IMG/VR virus record: IMGVR_UViG_3300025864_000001 | Location: 14,469 to 78,468 of that record | Direction: 5' to 3' (one strand) | From: a virus | Length of the DNA stretch: 64,000 bases | Shown here: positions 16,737 to 26,587 of the stretch, piece by piece | Layout: each line of letters begins with the position of its first letter | Numbering within the stretch: position 1 is the first letter of the stretch | The notes under the pieces: generated by a model | Seen by the model: only the letters and a program-made list of their open reading frames with translations | Databases searched by the model: none | What the model was told of the DNA's origin: nothing | Program-made: the position numbers and the translations under genes

Positions 16737-17180
16737 ATGCGCATGAAAAAAATGCTTATCCTCGCACTGATCGCACTCTTTTACATAGTGTCCAGTGCGT
16801 TGACACCGCCTCAAACGGTGCCCGTTGACCAAGATGTTGGCTATTCGTTAATTGCGAATCAGAACACATCAGTAATAACAATTCTTCCAGTTCAAAGCCC
16901 GGTTATTGCCGGTGAAGTAAGTTACACAATTACCAGGGGGTCCAGTGTGATTGACAAGGGTCTGATTAATTCAGATGCCATAGTGTATAATCATCAGGAA
17001 AGTTTCACATGTAATACTTACTACACAATTGACAGGCTTGATTCAAAACTGCCGATATTAGCAGGATTTGAAAATCAAATAAAGAACCCTCCGGGTAGAA
17101 ACAGTATGAGCACAGACTTGGGAGGACTGCTAATTGAATATGATGTTCCCCGGGACGGGGCAAAGTCCAGACATATCTAA
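16737..17180 (+). CDS. secreted hypothetical protein
   Basis: signal peptide MKKMLILALIALFYIVSSA; own TACTTTTG box at 16688-16695. Confidence 0.6.
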   Translation: MRMKKMLILALIALFYIVSSALTPPQTVPVDQDVGYSLIANQNTSVITILPVQSPVIAGEVSYTITRGSSVIDKGLINSDAIVYNHQESFTCNTYYTIDRLDSKLPILAGFENQIKNPPGRNSMSTDLGGLLIEYDVPRDGAKSRHI

Positions 17181-17205
17181 GAAAAGCCAATTGGCATAAA
17201 TAATA

Positions 17206-17236
17206 AAGCACCTCGTAAATGGGGTGCTTCTTTTTT
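17206..17236. terminator. intrinsic terminator between convergent units
   Basis: AAGCACCTC/GGGGTGCTT stem plus T-tract. Confidence 0.7.
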
Positions 17237-17253
17237 ATGATGATTAGTATTAA

Positions 17254-18453
17254 TTACCTTATTTCTTCTATATTTCCGACTTGAGCCGTGAATGTTCCTG
17301 AGCTACAAATCACTGTTAGATTTATATACCAAATTCCTGATATAGTAATTGCAGGAGTAGTGGGTGCTGCCACATAAGTTGGTAATTGAACTGCTCCGGC
17401 ATAGCCAACTCCCTCTGCTTTAATTGTGGTTGCTGACCGGATAGTTATTAATACATCAAATCCCGCCCTCGCATTTGCCGCCTGTGCTGCTGACGTTACC
17501 GCCGTCCAATCAATTGTATCAGAGATTGTCCCTAAATTCCCGCATCTTACTTTAAATATCAATGTACCTGTTGACGATGAATTACCAATGATCCATGCTC
17601 GGAAAGTTGATCCTACACTTGCACGTGCTGCTGGTATTTGTAATTGAAGTAATACCTTTTCAGTTGTGCCGGAAGTAACCACCGGAGCCAATAAATTTGC
17701 AAATAGCCTTACAGGGGCGTCAGTCCCATTTTGTCCGGGAACTCCTTGATCCCCTTTATCTCCTTTTAATCCATCAAAATAGTCAATATTTTTAACAGGG
17801 GTATTACCGGGAATACCTTGTATGCCCTGATCTCCTTTAAGTCCTTGCGAACCATCATTGCCGGGCAAACCTTGATCTCCCTTGTCTCCTTTTGAACCCG
17901 GAGTCCCAGGAGCACCGTCTTCTCCATTGAAATAATCAACATTAAGCACAGGAGTACGCCCATCTTCTCCGTCCGCGCCTGCCTGCCCTGTTGCACCATC
18001 ATTACCAGGGATGCCCTGCATGCCTCGTGAACCCGACTGTCCTGCCTCCCCATTTGTACCATTTTCACCTTTAAGGGATAATAACCATTCCGATTCTATC
18101 CCCGTAAAACCATTCTCAACTGCTACCTGATATGCTGACTTACCATCAGTAGACGGAATTTGATCTGCAATAGTGGCAATCTGTTCCGGGGTCAACTCAA
18201 CTGCAGGCGGTGGTATTTGCGCAGCAATCTCCATTATCACAGCAGGCACCACGGATAATGCTATTTCTGCTATATGCCCAAGTAGATTAATAACACCCCA
18301 GCTACCACGAGGAATCTGAGCCGATGCTGTGCCAATAACAACATCTCCGAGATTAGCAAAATCAAATGAGTCTTTCTTTGTGGCATGTAGCTTAACCGGA
18401 TCACCAATTTTGATCGCACGTCCAGAAGCGTTTAGAAGTCTTTTCTGTGCCAC
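17254..18453 (-). CDS. collagen-like fibre protein
   Basis: G-X-Y repeats, DGKSAYQVAVENGF.G.E.EWL.SLKG and TPV..DYF motifs; own promoter box 18473-18480; GTG start. Confidence 0.8.
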   Translation of the reverse strand: MAQKRLLNASGRAIKIGDPVKLHATKKDSFDFANLGDVVIGTASAQIPRGSWGVINLLGHIAEIALSVVPAVIMEIAAQIPPPAVELTPEQIATIADQIPSTDGKSAYQVAVENGFTGIESEWLLSLKGENGTNGEAGQSGSRGMQGIPGNDGATGQAGADGEDGRTPVLNVDYFNGEDGAPGTPGSKGDKGDQGLPGNDGSQGLKGDQGIQGIPGNTPVKNIDYFDGLKGDKGDQGVPGQNGTDAPVRLFANLLAPVVTSGTTEKVLLQLQIPAARASVGSTFRAWIIGNSSSTGTLIFKVRCGNLGTISDTIDWTAVTSAAQAANARAGFDVLITIRSATTIKAEGVGYAGAVQLPTYVAAPTTPAITISGIWYINLTVICSSGTFTAQVGNIEEIR

Positions 18454-18485
18454 GGGAAATAGATTTATCTCCCAAAGGTATGCTT

Positions 18486-18968
18486 TTATTTTAAACTCTC
18501 AATAAATTTCTTATTGAAATGTCCAATAACCGCTTGTTGCTCGTTTAACGTAAACTTATAACCCACGATGCCCCTAACAGTGTATGGGAAGTATTTGCGG
18601 TACTCCACGAGTAGTTCTGCCTCTAAACGGCTTAAAACAGTCCAATCAGCGGTATTCTTTCCCCGTGACTTCTCCTCAAAGTCCAGAGAGTATTGTATTC
18701 GCTCTTCTGCTGTGGCTTGCATCCATAATCCTGCCTCTCCAGGTGTAACCAATGCAATAGCTTTCATATAGTATTTAAAATACGGATATCCCTTTACCGG
18801 AAGCACGTGTAGAAAACAATTAGCCCATAGCGGGGTATTGACGTATTCTCTAAGCCATAGTCCTGACACAACGGATTTATTGGAGAACTGTTGCCAGATA
18901 GTCTTGCGTATTAACGTCATAGCCACTTCCGATGCCCTGGGTGGCTCTATTTGATGGATGTTCGTCAT
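18486..18968 (-). CDS. putative degenerate HNH-like protein, paralog of 20851-21360
   Basis: NCFLHVLPVKGYPYFK shared with the paralog. Confidence 0.5.
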   Translation of the reverse strand: MTNIHQIEPPRASEVAMTLIRKTIWQQFSNKSVVSGLWLREYVNTPLWANCFLHVLPVKGYPYFKYYMKAIALVTPGEAGLWMQATAEERIQYSLDFEEKSRGKNTADWTVLSRLEAELLVEYRKYFPYTVRGIVGYKFTLNEQQAVIGHFNKKFIESLK

Positions 18969-18969
18969 A

Positions 18970-19263
18970 TTACTTACCTTTCACTTCTCTAAGCCAGTAC
19001 TTACGGATTTCATTAAGTGTCATCCAAATAGCAGGTTGATTCATATCCATTACCATATATTTTGCTTTATTTCTTGTAACGCGGTCAGTCATTGTATTGA
19101 GTGGTAGCCACTCGACAAATTCCTTCTCGACATACTCACTCTCTATTAGAGCGGTAATCTTCTGTTCTACAATCTTATAATGCGTTTCAGATAGAAATTT
19201 CTTACCATTAACCTTTGTTGCGGGGTCTGAATAACCTTTTAAAATCTTTATAATTTCTTCCAT
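18970..19263 (-). CDS. hypothetical protein
   Basis: 97-aa ORF. Confidence 0.6.
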   Translation of the reverse strand: MEEIIKILKGYSDPATKVNGKKFLSETHYKIVEQKITALIESEYVEKEFVEWLPLNTMTDRVTRNKAKYMVMDMNQPAIWMTLNEIRKYWLREVKGK

Positions 19264-19288
19264 ATTCTTGTTATTTATGTTCCATTAG

Positions 19289-19813
19289 TTATTTTGTGTA
19301 ATACATATCACTCTCCGCTTTCAGGTCTTCAGTTGTGATAGTGTCCTTTGTCCGGTCATGTTCAACTACCCCATTTCTATCAGGTTTGCCCCATTTACGT
19401 TTTTTGTTTTTCTCCATTTTCTCTTTTGCATCAAAAAATAGAGTGTTAAATTCAATCCCGTATTTTGAAGTTGCATTAAGAACAAGAATAAAACAGTCTG
19501 CAAGTTCTTCTCTGATCGGAAACAAACTACCGTCCTGCATTGCCTTAATAGCTTCGTTAACTTCTTTCTTTAAATGATAAAGCGGTGCAATTGCCGTTCT
19601 TTCTTTGCCAAAGGTGTTATCAGCCCATTCATGTACATCATTCATAAACTCTTGTATGGTCAGTTCCTCTCTTATCTTTTCCTGATGATAGGCTTCCAAA
19701 ACTTCATTAATTTGTTCTATTGTAAATACATATAAATCTGCTTCTATTCCTGTAAGAATTTTAACATTACCTTTGTCCATTTTAAAGGAATTGAAATCTT
19801 CTTTTGTTTTCAT
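19289..19813 (-). CDS. DUF550 / MazG-like dATP/dGTP pyrophosphohydrolase
   Basis: EWADNTFG..PLYHLKKEVNE..EELADC..KMEKNKKRKW..EH; likely start 19813. Confidence 0.8.
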   Translation of the reverse strand: MKTKEDFNSFKMDKGNVKILTGIEADLYVFTIEQINEVLEAYHQEKIREELTIQEFMNDVHEWADNTFGKERTAIAPLYHLKKEVNEAIKAMQDGSLFPIREELADCFILVLNATSKYGIEFNTLFFDAKEKMEKNKKRKWGKPDRNGVVEHDRTKDTITTEDLKAESDMYYTK

Positions 19814-19832
19814 TGTTACTGTTTTACGTTGG

Positions 19833-20033
19833 TTATTTAAGCATCCCCTGCTCTTCCATGTATCTATTAACATCCTGCATTCCAAGCAATACGGATAATG
19901 CAGCATCAGCCATCCTTCCTGCGAAATCATCAGGCCAGGTTATATCAAATTCATTCAATAACTCTTCATCATCCATTGCCTTTTCAATTGCATCAGATAA
20001 TTTTGCTTTGATTTTTGCTTCAATTGTTTTCAT
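19833..20033 (-). CDS. hypothetical protein
   Basis: 66-aa ORF. Confidence 0.6.
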   Translation of the reverse strand: MKTIEAKIKAKLSDAIEKAMDDEELLNEFDITWPDDFAGRMADAALSVLLGMQDVNRYMEEQGMLK

Positions 20034-20062
20034 ATCTCATTTATTAAATTAACTAACTAATT

Positions 20063-20257
20063 TCATGGCTTTTCGACTGGTTTAAATGCGAACTCTTTCT
20101 TATTGACAATATATTCCTGAAAATCATCTTCGAATAAAACAACCTTTTTTTCAACTGCTTTTATCTGACCGTAAGCCATAAGCGCACCTTTAAAACCCTT
20201 TTTTATATATTTAAAAGATGCGGTACCCCAATCACCAACTGAATAATTCTCTTCCAT
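20063..20257 (-). CDS. hypothetical protein
   Basis: 64-aa ORF. Confidence 0.6.
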   Translation of the reverse strand: MEENYSVGDWGTASFKYIKKGFKGALMAYGQIKAVEKKVVLFEDDFQEYIVNKKEFAFKPVEKP

Positions 20258-20667
20258 TACAATACCTTTTGAATTAACCGCCAGTAACTTTCACTTGCCT
20301 TTTTTGTCCCTGCTTCGCCAGAACACCACGCCCGTACAATCTTCTCATAACTCCGGCCATTTGTGTAGTACATAAACACTTCTTTTGCTCTCTCATAGTG
20401 GTACATGTCAGCCATAACGTAATGATTTCCGGTCCGCTGGTTATATTCCCGAAGCCGAACAGGCCGGATCTGAAAATAACTAACTGCAATTTCTTTTTTA
20501 TTGTAAGCTGTCTGCTCGCCTCTGCTTTCCACTGTCACTACAGCGTTAATCAGGGGCGTATAGTAATTTATCACTTCCGGTGCAAGGATTACTATGCTCG
20601 AACAGTCGGGTGCCTTTAAAGTGGCTGAAAAGAGGCTTAGTATTAAAATTAAGTTCATACGTTTCAT
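20257..20667 (-). CDS. lysozyme-like / SLT transglycosylase with a signal peptide
   Basis: AVVTVESRG..AYN..AVSYFQI motif; hydrophobic N-terminus. Confidence 0.7.
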   Translation of the reverse strand: MKRMNLILILSLFSATLKAPDCSSIVILAPEVINYYTPLINAVVTVESRGEQTAYNKKEIAVSYFQIRPVRLREYNQRTGNHYVMADMYHYERAKEVFMYYTNGRSYEKIVRAWCSGEAGTKKASESYWRLIQKVL

Positions 20668-20850
20668 TGCGATTGTTTAAATTCATACTTCAAATTATCT
20701 ATTACAAAAAATTCCGCATGGTTCTTCATATTCTTAAGATCACATATTTCGCAATCATCACATCCCGCTCCAAGCCAATATTTAAAACAAAATGACCCGC
20801 ATGGACCTTGCTTCTTGTTTTTTGATAGTGTTTTCATATCGCTTATTTGG

Positions 20851-21360
20851 TTACGCGAGTAAATTTAACTTTTTAAATGCGATGTATTCTGCTTTCATCG
20901 CTATTACAAGGGCATCCCACTCCGTAAACTTCCAATTTGGATGATTAGTCTTTTCAAGTGTGGTGCCTTGGTCAACTATCCTGTGAAACTCCGGCAATAC
21001 CACTCTGATATTCTCTGGGTTTAGTTTGAAGTAGAGATAATTCTTTTTATTCAGCACGTGCGCAAAACAGTTTACGAACATATCCGTATTATAGAAGCGG
21101 TTTAAGCGTTCTCCGGTGTACGGACACGTCACAATACCCTTTACGTCTTTTGCTTCATCCCAGAGCCAGTTAAATAGGTCTATTTGCGATTCAAAAGGGA
21201 AGTCATAGTCTCTTACACGTGTTTTTTGTGCAAATGCAGGAGTTTTCTTAGGCTTTTTGTCGGTGCGAAGATACTGATGCCGTTTACAGTAGCCATATCC
21301 GGTCTTCTTGTCAGTCCCCCAAACAGACTGAGTGCAATTATCAAATTCGCAGTATCTCAT
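20851..21360 (-). CDS. putative HNH-like nuclease with a zinc motif
   Basis: C..DNC..YCKRH; NCFAHVLNKKNY.YFK..PENI..EFH..VD. Confidence 0.55.
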   Translation of the reverse strand: MRYCEFDNCTQSVWGTDKKTGYGYCKRHQYLRTDKKPKKTPAFAQKTRVRDYDFPFESQIDLFNWLWDEAKDVKGIVTCPYTGERLNRFYNTDMFVNCFAHVLNKKNYLYFKLNPENIRVVLPEFHRIVDQGTTLEKTNHPNWKFTEWDALVIAMKAEYIAFKKLNLLA

Positions 21361-21719
21361 TCTGTGGCTTTTTTAATTTCATAAGCAAGGTGAAAAGGAC
21401 AATTAGTCCCATGATTTTCTTCGCCCCAATCATCTTTGTTGCAGAAAGGACATCCTTTATTTTCGTCTCTTTCAAGAAGTTTTTCTACTAATAGCCTCAT
21501 ATCCGGTGCAGCGGCAATTAGTTTCATGTTCGCCTCTATTTCCGCTTTCTGTTTAATATACTCTTTATCAGAATCAGGTAACATTGAATTGCAGATAAAT
21601 TCAGTATAAGTTCCACCTATTGGCAATTTAGTGTTCACCCCAACACCGAGGCATATTTTTTTAGGTTTCCTCTCGTAATATTTAAAAATAAGTTCCCATT
21701 TTCCTGCTGTGTGTTTCAT
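21357..21719 (-). CDS. ANMKLIAAAPD family protein
   Basis: MKHTAGKW...EANMKLIAAAPDM...KKATE. Confidence 0.75.
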   Translation of the reverse strand: MKHTAGKWELIFKYYERKPKKICLGVGVNTKLPIGGTYTEFICNSMLPDSDKEYIKQKAEIEANMKLIAAAPDMRLLVEKLLERDENKGCPFCNKDDWGEENHGTNCPFHLAYEIKKATE

Positions 21720-22060
21720 AATTCCTCCTGTCTAAATGCGTTTACAACTTCACAGACAAAGTTACCAGCACCAAGTCCTCCGATGACACCTATTACAGCG
21801 AATAGCCACCAAGGGGTAAATACTATTATGTAAAATAGACTCAGCAGAAACACAACCCATGGACTGACACAGAAGCAGCACCGGATAAATTTCACCAGCA
21901 TTGAATCGGATACATGGTCAATCAGATGACGGTTATTCACAACCTCAAGGTACTTGCCAAATTTGCGGAAGACCATATTTTTACGAATTATACGAGTCCA
22001 GAAGCAGGAGAATAACCCTGCAAGGATTCCGAGATACATCATGTTTACTATGTGATTCAT
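21716..22060 (-). CDS. DUF1360-like membrane protein
   Basis: TM helices with C-C-F-C-x-S-P-W; likely start 22060. Confidence 0.55.
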   Translation of the reverse strand: MNHIVNMMYLGILAGLFSCFWTRIIRKNMVFRKFGKYLEVVNNRHLIDHVSDSMLVKFIRCCFCVSPWVVFLLSLFYIIVFTPWWLFAVIGVIGGLGAGNFVCEVVNAFRQEEL

Positions 22061-22084
22061 CGTTTTTAAATTTAAGTTGTTAAT

Positions 22085-22167
22085 AAAAAAAGGAGGCACG
22101 TTATCATCTCGATATTGTAGCCTCCCTGTTTCTTTTGCAGTAATCAAAAGAAGTAGCTACAAATATA
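22085..22167 (-). promoter_or_regulatory. promoter followed by a hairpin and terminator (short RNA or attenuator)
   Basis: TATATTTG 22160-22167; TTCTTTTG/CAAAAGAA hairpin; GGAGGC/GCCTCC plus T7. Confidence 0.5.
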
Positions 22168-22338
22168 CTGCTAATTTCCTTTTACCAGATACTTTTCGAT
22201 TTCTTTTGCTAATTTCAATATTGGCTTTTTTGAGGTCGCTGATAATTGAATAGCCCTGTCAAGTGCAGTTGTCCTTCTTTGAAGTTTAATCTGTTTCTTT
22301 TCTTGTTTTGTCATAATGATAATTTTTAAAGGTTAATA

Positions 22339-23808
22339 TTAATTTGAGTTCAAAAGTTTATTGATTTCATCCACAGATGCCTGTTTAATGAAGGTTTCCT
22401 TATCGGCATATAACTTATCAATGCCTAACTTTGCGCTGAGTTCCATATATCTTGGAGTGGTAATCTGAGGTGTCACGCCCATCATCTTATTGAAAATTCC
22501 TTTGACTTCCGAAAAGTCCCTTGGTGTAGTTTCAGAGATTATCATGCCGTATTTATTGCCCGCAGGCTCTCCTTCCACTGCTTTTGCCTCTTCTTTTTTC
22601 ACAGGAGCATGAAGAAAATCATCAATCTTCTTATCCTCTTTTTCTTTATCAAACTCTTTGTTTGGCGCAATCTCACTTGCCTGAGTATTCACTGCTGATG
22701 CCTTCTCTTGCTTTTCTCTTTCCTCATTTGCCTTCAGATATGGTGCAACATGAGCATCTAATTTGCCTTCTTGGTGTGCAAATATCAGTTCACGTAATTT
22801 CTTGTTTGTGTTCTTTCCTCCAATCGTCTCGCATCCTTCCATCATGTCCATATCTTCCATGACCGCTTTCAGAAGTATTGGGGTGTCCATGCCTTCCATC
22901 TCTTTTAAAGTCCACTGCCCTACAATAACCTCTTCTTTTACATCTGGCATGACCTCTTTATTCTCATCGGAGGAATAAGAGCCTTTCTGCGGAATAAATG
23001 GGGAATCTTCCTCTTTATTTGCCGTGACGCTTTTTGTATTCTCAGGTGTCTTTTCTTCCACAACCTCTGCATCCTGAATATTGTCCTTCTTCACCTCACC
23101 AAACTTATTGTCAGGGATCTTATTCGCTACTCGCGAAGTGGTTTTTTTGGAATGTTCTTTATCCTGATCAGTAAAAGTAATCTCTTTCCCATCCTCAGTC
23201 TTCAGAGTGATCTTTTCAGGTGAACCAGGGATTAACCCGTCATAATCATTCAACTCCTCGACTGTTTTCATCCCTTTGAGAATGTCCTGATAGTAGTCAG
23301 AGGCATGGAATCCGATATCCCTCCATGCAATCATACGTTTGCCGTATTTCTTATAGATGTCCTTCTGCATCAGTCCTGCAGTATTTGCATCGAATACTGA
23401 AAACTCAGTCCTGAACTCATTTGGAAGGTCTTTTCTCTTGCTAACAGTGATATGCTTATATCCTGGCTGTGGGTATTCCCCTTCGGTATATTCAGACCAT
23501 GACTCGAGTATCCCACTTGCAAAGATCACTGCTTTCGCTGCCGTTCCCATAATGCCAATACGCCCCTTTACAGGATAGATGTCACTTAATGACTGCATCC
23601 ATGACAGTCCGAGTTTGCGCCCGGCTTCGATGCACATTATTGCGCCCACAGCATCCCTTGATGCTTTGAAGTGCTCCGGGCAAAACCCTGAGTTGATAAT
23701 CACCATCCCGACCTCTTTTACTTTTTCAAGGTCTTCGGCATGCTCAATAAGCCTTTCGATGAATGATTGCGGATTTTCTTGTCTTACTAATGATTTTTCT
23801 GTTTCCAT
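22339..23808 (-). CDS. RecT-like single-strand annealing protein with a long acidic C-terminal extension
   Basis: SGFCPEHF..IEAGRKLGLSWMQSLSDIYPVKGR..Y.KY.KRMI.WR pattern. Confidence 0.65.
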   Translation of the reverse strand: METEKSLVRQENPQSFIERLIEHAEDLEKVKEVGMVIINSGFCPEHFKASRDAVGAIMCIEAGRKLGLSWMQSLSDIYPVKGRIGIMGTAAKAVIFASGILESWSEYTEGEYPQPGYKHITVSKRKDLPNEFRTEFSVFDANTAGLMQKDIYKKYGKRMIAWRDIGFHASDYYQDILKGMKTVEELNDYDGLIPGSPEKITLKTEDGKEITFTDQDKEHSKKTTSRVANKIPDNKFGEVKKDNIQDAEVVEEKTPENTKSVTANKEEDSPFIPQKGSYSSDENKEVMPDVKEEVIVGQWTLKEMEGMDTPILLKAVMEDMDMMEGCETIGGKNTNKKLRELIFAHQEGKLDAHVAPYLKANEEREKQEKASAVNTQASEIAPNKEFDKEKEDKKIDDFLHAPVKKEEAKAVEGEPAGNKYGMIISETTPRDFSEVKGIFNKMMGVTPQITTPRYMELSAKLGIDKLYADKETFIKQASVDEINKLLNSN

Positions 23809-23820
23809 GTCGTTTTTAAT

Positions 23821-24405
23821 TTATAGTTTGTAATTATATTCTCCTTTTGTGTCAACCCATGATCTTTCTTGTGGCCGAATCCATTTTGCACCAATGAACT
23901 CGAAGAACTTTTCTTCGGTGTCGAATGCTGGTGGTAGTGTAGGGTTTGCTTTGTACTCCGGTTTGATTTTCCATGTGCTTTTCCGATCACACTCAGATTT
24001 TCTCCTTAAGCCATCAGAAGTCCCGGCCCAGCCAACCCGATTCCATTGCATAGCGAGTGCGGTGTGCGAATAAAAACTCGATCCGGTCCGAATGGCAAGT
24101 ATTCTGCCATAATCTCGTTCCGTGGTCACGTATAACTCTATCTGTATGCCCGATTCAGGATATTTGAAACGTTTTAAGCGACTGCCATTGACGACCATAC
24201 CCTTGAAGCCTTCCGGGAAAATTGCGCCTAATACGAACTCGTCACGTGGCACACAAACAACTTCGATATCTCCTACATACTCCACTTCTCTACGCACTGA
24301 TCCGGCAATAGAAATATAAAGGCATACCGTATCAATGTAAGCCATGAATCGTTTCGCCACGTTCTGTGCTACTGCTAATGGTATCTTATTCTCTGTGGTG
24401 CTCAT
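23821..24405 (-). CDS. minimal family X DNA polymerase-like nucleotidyltransferase
   Basis: IAGSVRRE..VGDIEVV, IRTGS, TEEKFFEFIG..WI.P..R. Confidence 0.8.
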   Translation of the reverse strand: MSTTENKIPLAVAQNVAKRFMAYIDTVCLYISIAGSVRREVEYVGDIEVVCVPRDEFVLGAIFPEGFKGMVVNGSRLKRFKYPESGIQIELYVTTERDYGRILAIRTGSSFYSHTALAMQWNRVGWAGTSDGLRRKSECDRKSTWKIKPEYKANPTLPPAFDTEEKFFEFIGAKWIRPQERSWVDTKGEYNYKL

Positions 24406-24406
24406 T

Positions 24407-24649
24407 TTACCAGTTTGTAAATACTTTTTCAAAAGAATAATGGAAGAATACCATCATATAAAACACCTTCCATCCTATCCAACAAAGTATTTGATAGAAG
24501 AATAATCCAAGGACAGTAAAAATAGGCTTCCATCCGAAACACCACCAATCAATCTCTGGGAACTGAGGTATAATTCTTTTTATTACCCACCATATCCCAA
24601 TAATAGGGATGCACATCTTAATGATTTCAATTTTAACTGATTTTTCCAT
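24407..24649 (-). CDS. membrane protein
   Basis: two Trp-rich hydrophobic segments. Confidence 0.55.
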   Translation of the reverse strand: MEKSVKIEIIKMCIPIIGIWWVIKRIIPQFPEIDWWCFGWKPIFTVLGLFFYQILCWIGWKVFYMMVFFHYSFEKVFTNW

Positions 24650-25041
24650 TATTTCTGTGAATTAATTGGTTTGATGTAGCAGGAATTATACTGCCATGTG
24701 CGGTTATCCTTGCCAAAATTACCCATCTCTCTTAAATCCCATGGACATTTGATCAAGCGTCCTGCCTTTGTAAGATTGGTGATGCTCCGTCTTACAGAAT
24801 TAAGCAGTATCTTCTCCCCTTCGGACGTAAGTATCTCATGTACCTTTGGTGGTGTGAACCGATATGCAAATCTCTTTTGGAAGAAATTCAAAACAATACC
24901 ATTCTGCTTTGCTGCGTTCTCCCGCGCCTGGGGAAGTTGTTCTTCTGGCAATGGCACGGTGTCGTGGAATACAAGTTCCTGTTCTTTTGCAGGCGGTAAT
25001 ACCTCTGCTTTTCTTGGTGTGCGCTGATCAAATAGTCCCAT
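24649..25041 (-). CDS. wHTH-like phage protein
   Basis: SVRRSITNLTKAG.L.K..G.FGK....W. Confidence 0.6.
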   Translation of the reverse strand: MGLFDQRTPRKAEVLPPAKEQELVFHDTVPLPEEQLPQARENAAKQNGIVLNFFQKRFAYRFTPPKVHEILTSEGEKILLNSVRRSITNLTKAGRLIKCPWDLREMGNFGKDNRTWQYNSCYIKPINSQK

Positions 25042-25065
25042 GTCTTTATGATTTTTAGGTGAATA

Positions 25066-25377
25066 TTAACCTCGCAAAACTGTTAAGCCCTCCAATCGTG
25101 GCCACCATTTAGCCTTGCCATCCTTAATAGTCTTGTTACCTTTCAGACAGAAATTTACGGTCAACCAATCACCGTCTTTCGACTGAAGTAACTGATTCAT
25201 ATTATTTTCTGCAAATTCAAACACCACTTCATTTGAGTAGGTGCCTGAGAATACCTCCAGAACCAATATCCTGGATGCCTTGGTCTGTCCATTACGATTT
25301 GTGTATTGCTCCGGCTGCCCTACATGTAAGGCTTTGCCGCTTATTTCAAAGTTATTAACCTGCGAATTGTTTCCCAT
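25066..25377 (-). CDS. DUF3127 OB-fold ssDNA-binding protein
   Basis: ISGK..LVLE..Y...V.FEF..V.F.LKG..WW..LEG. Confidence 0.75.
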   Translation of the reverse strand: MGNNSQVNNFEISGKALHVGQPEQYTNRNGQTKASRILVLEVFSGTYSNEVVFEFAENNMNQLLQSKDGDWLTVNFCLKGNKTIKDGKAKWWPRLEGLTVLRG

Positions 25378-25381
25378 GATT

Positions 25382-25666
25382 TTAGTGTCTATATAGTTTT
25401 AAAACTTCATCCGTGCAGGGTACACATCTTCTGATATGTTCCTTATTAGTTACCTTATCTCCATGTTGCCTTATCCAGTCCTCGTCATGTTCATCCCAAT
25501 GGCAGTAGATAGCCCAATCATCAATGTCACCCTTTTTAGCGACCCATCTTAATGTTCCTCCGCCACGAGTCATAAATAGTCCTTTTGGTGAATTTGGTAA
25601 TACCCCTGTGGCAAATATCTCACCTCTTGGTAATGCCTTAAATTGTTCTTCTGTTAGTTGTTTCAT
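25382..25666 (-). CDS. hypothetical protein
   Basis: 94-aa ORF. Confidence 0.65.
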   Translation of the reverse strand: MKQLTEEQFKALPRGEIFATGVLPNSPKGLFMTRGGGTLRWVAKKGDIDDWAIYCHWDEHDEDWIRQHGDKVTNKEHIRRCVPCTDEVLKLYRH

Positions 25667-25669
25667 TGA

Positions 25670-26587
25670 TTAATCTTTTAGATTATTAACAAAATCTTTT
25701 AACTCAGTTATATATTTGATTCGCTCGTTACCTTCCTGCTCAATAAGTTCTTTATGCAAGGTTTCATTAAAAATATCTTTTATGGCATCCTCACATAGTT
25801 TCATAAGTTGTTCGGGTTTTACAGCATCGAGTTCTACTTGGCCTAATCCGCTCCATTCCTTATCTCTTGAATCTCCAATATACCCGGTAGTCCCATTTTT
25901 TCTCTTTCCTATTTTATATTCTTTTGTTGGTGCAGGCGGTAAGTTCCATTCGACTACCTGCTCTTCCATTAATGCAATTCTCCTTACTTCAACATCTACC
26001 CCAAACCTTAAAAGATTAGCCTGAATACTTCGGGGGATGTCCTCACCAGAGGGATCGTAATCGCCAAAATAAAGGATTATAGGATTTTTATCTTGATAAA
26101 CAGCATTATCAAATCTCTTATAAGTATCATGTAAGAAAGTCAGAGAAGGATATCCCTTACAAGCTCCGAGGGCTATTGACCATTTACTGCACATCTTTTG
26201 AAAAACTCCTTGTAATGCTTTCTTTTCAATAAATATCTCAGGGTAATAAGGCTGATTCTCCCATCTGTTTTTATGGTAACTTGTCATCCATGCCTCAACC
26301 TGGTCGCATGCGTTCTCGATCTCTGATTCAACCACCGTTTCCCTATATTCAGTATCTCCAACCATTTCACGGTCAAGGTCAGAGAATTGATCGAACGTAA
26401 TCTTATCATCCCACCTGGCATCAATCATTGCACCCACAACCCTTTTATAATGTTGTATGTCATTTGTCATGCCTCTGCCTACGAGTTGATAATGCAATCC
26501 GCGAAGTGTTAAAATTCCCTTTTCATACTGATTGCAAATCTCAATAGAGTTTGTAATGATCCAATCTTTTGTAAAAATATCTTTCAT
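25670..26587 (-). CDS. Topo VI-A/Spo11-like wHTH-Toprim protein
   Basis: LTLRGLHYQLV, IEKKAL, KGYPS, YFGDYDPSGEDI, VELDA. Confidence 0.75.
   Translation of the reverse strand: MKDIFTKDWIITNSIEICNQYEKGILTLRGLHYQLVGRGMTNDIQHYKRVVGAMIDARWDDKITFDQFSDLDREMVGDTEYRETVVESEIENACDQVEAWMTSYHKNRWENQPYYPEIFIEKKALQGVFQKMCSKWSIALGACKGYPSLTFLHDTYKRFDNAVYQDKNPIILYFGDYDPSGEDIPRSIQANLLRFGVDVEVRRIALMEEQVVEWNLPPAPTKEYKIGKRKNGTTGYIGDSRDKEWSGLGQVELDAVKPEQLMKLCEDAIKDIFNETLHKELIEQEGNERIKYITELKDFVNNLKD

Noticed and set aside
21809-21838. Another dif-like arm, TTATGTAAAAT
   Set aside because: It is inside a coding region, and AT-rich near-matches are expected by chance.
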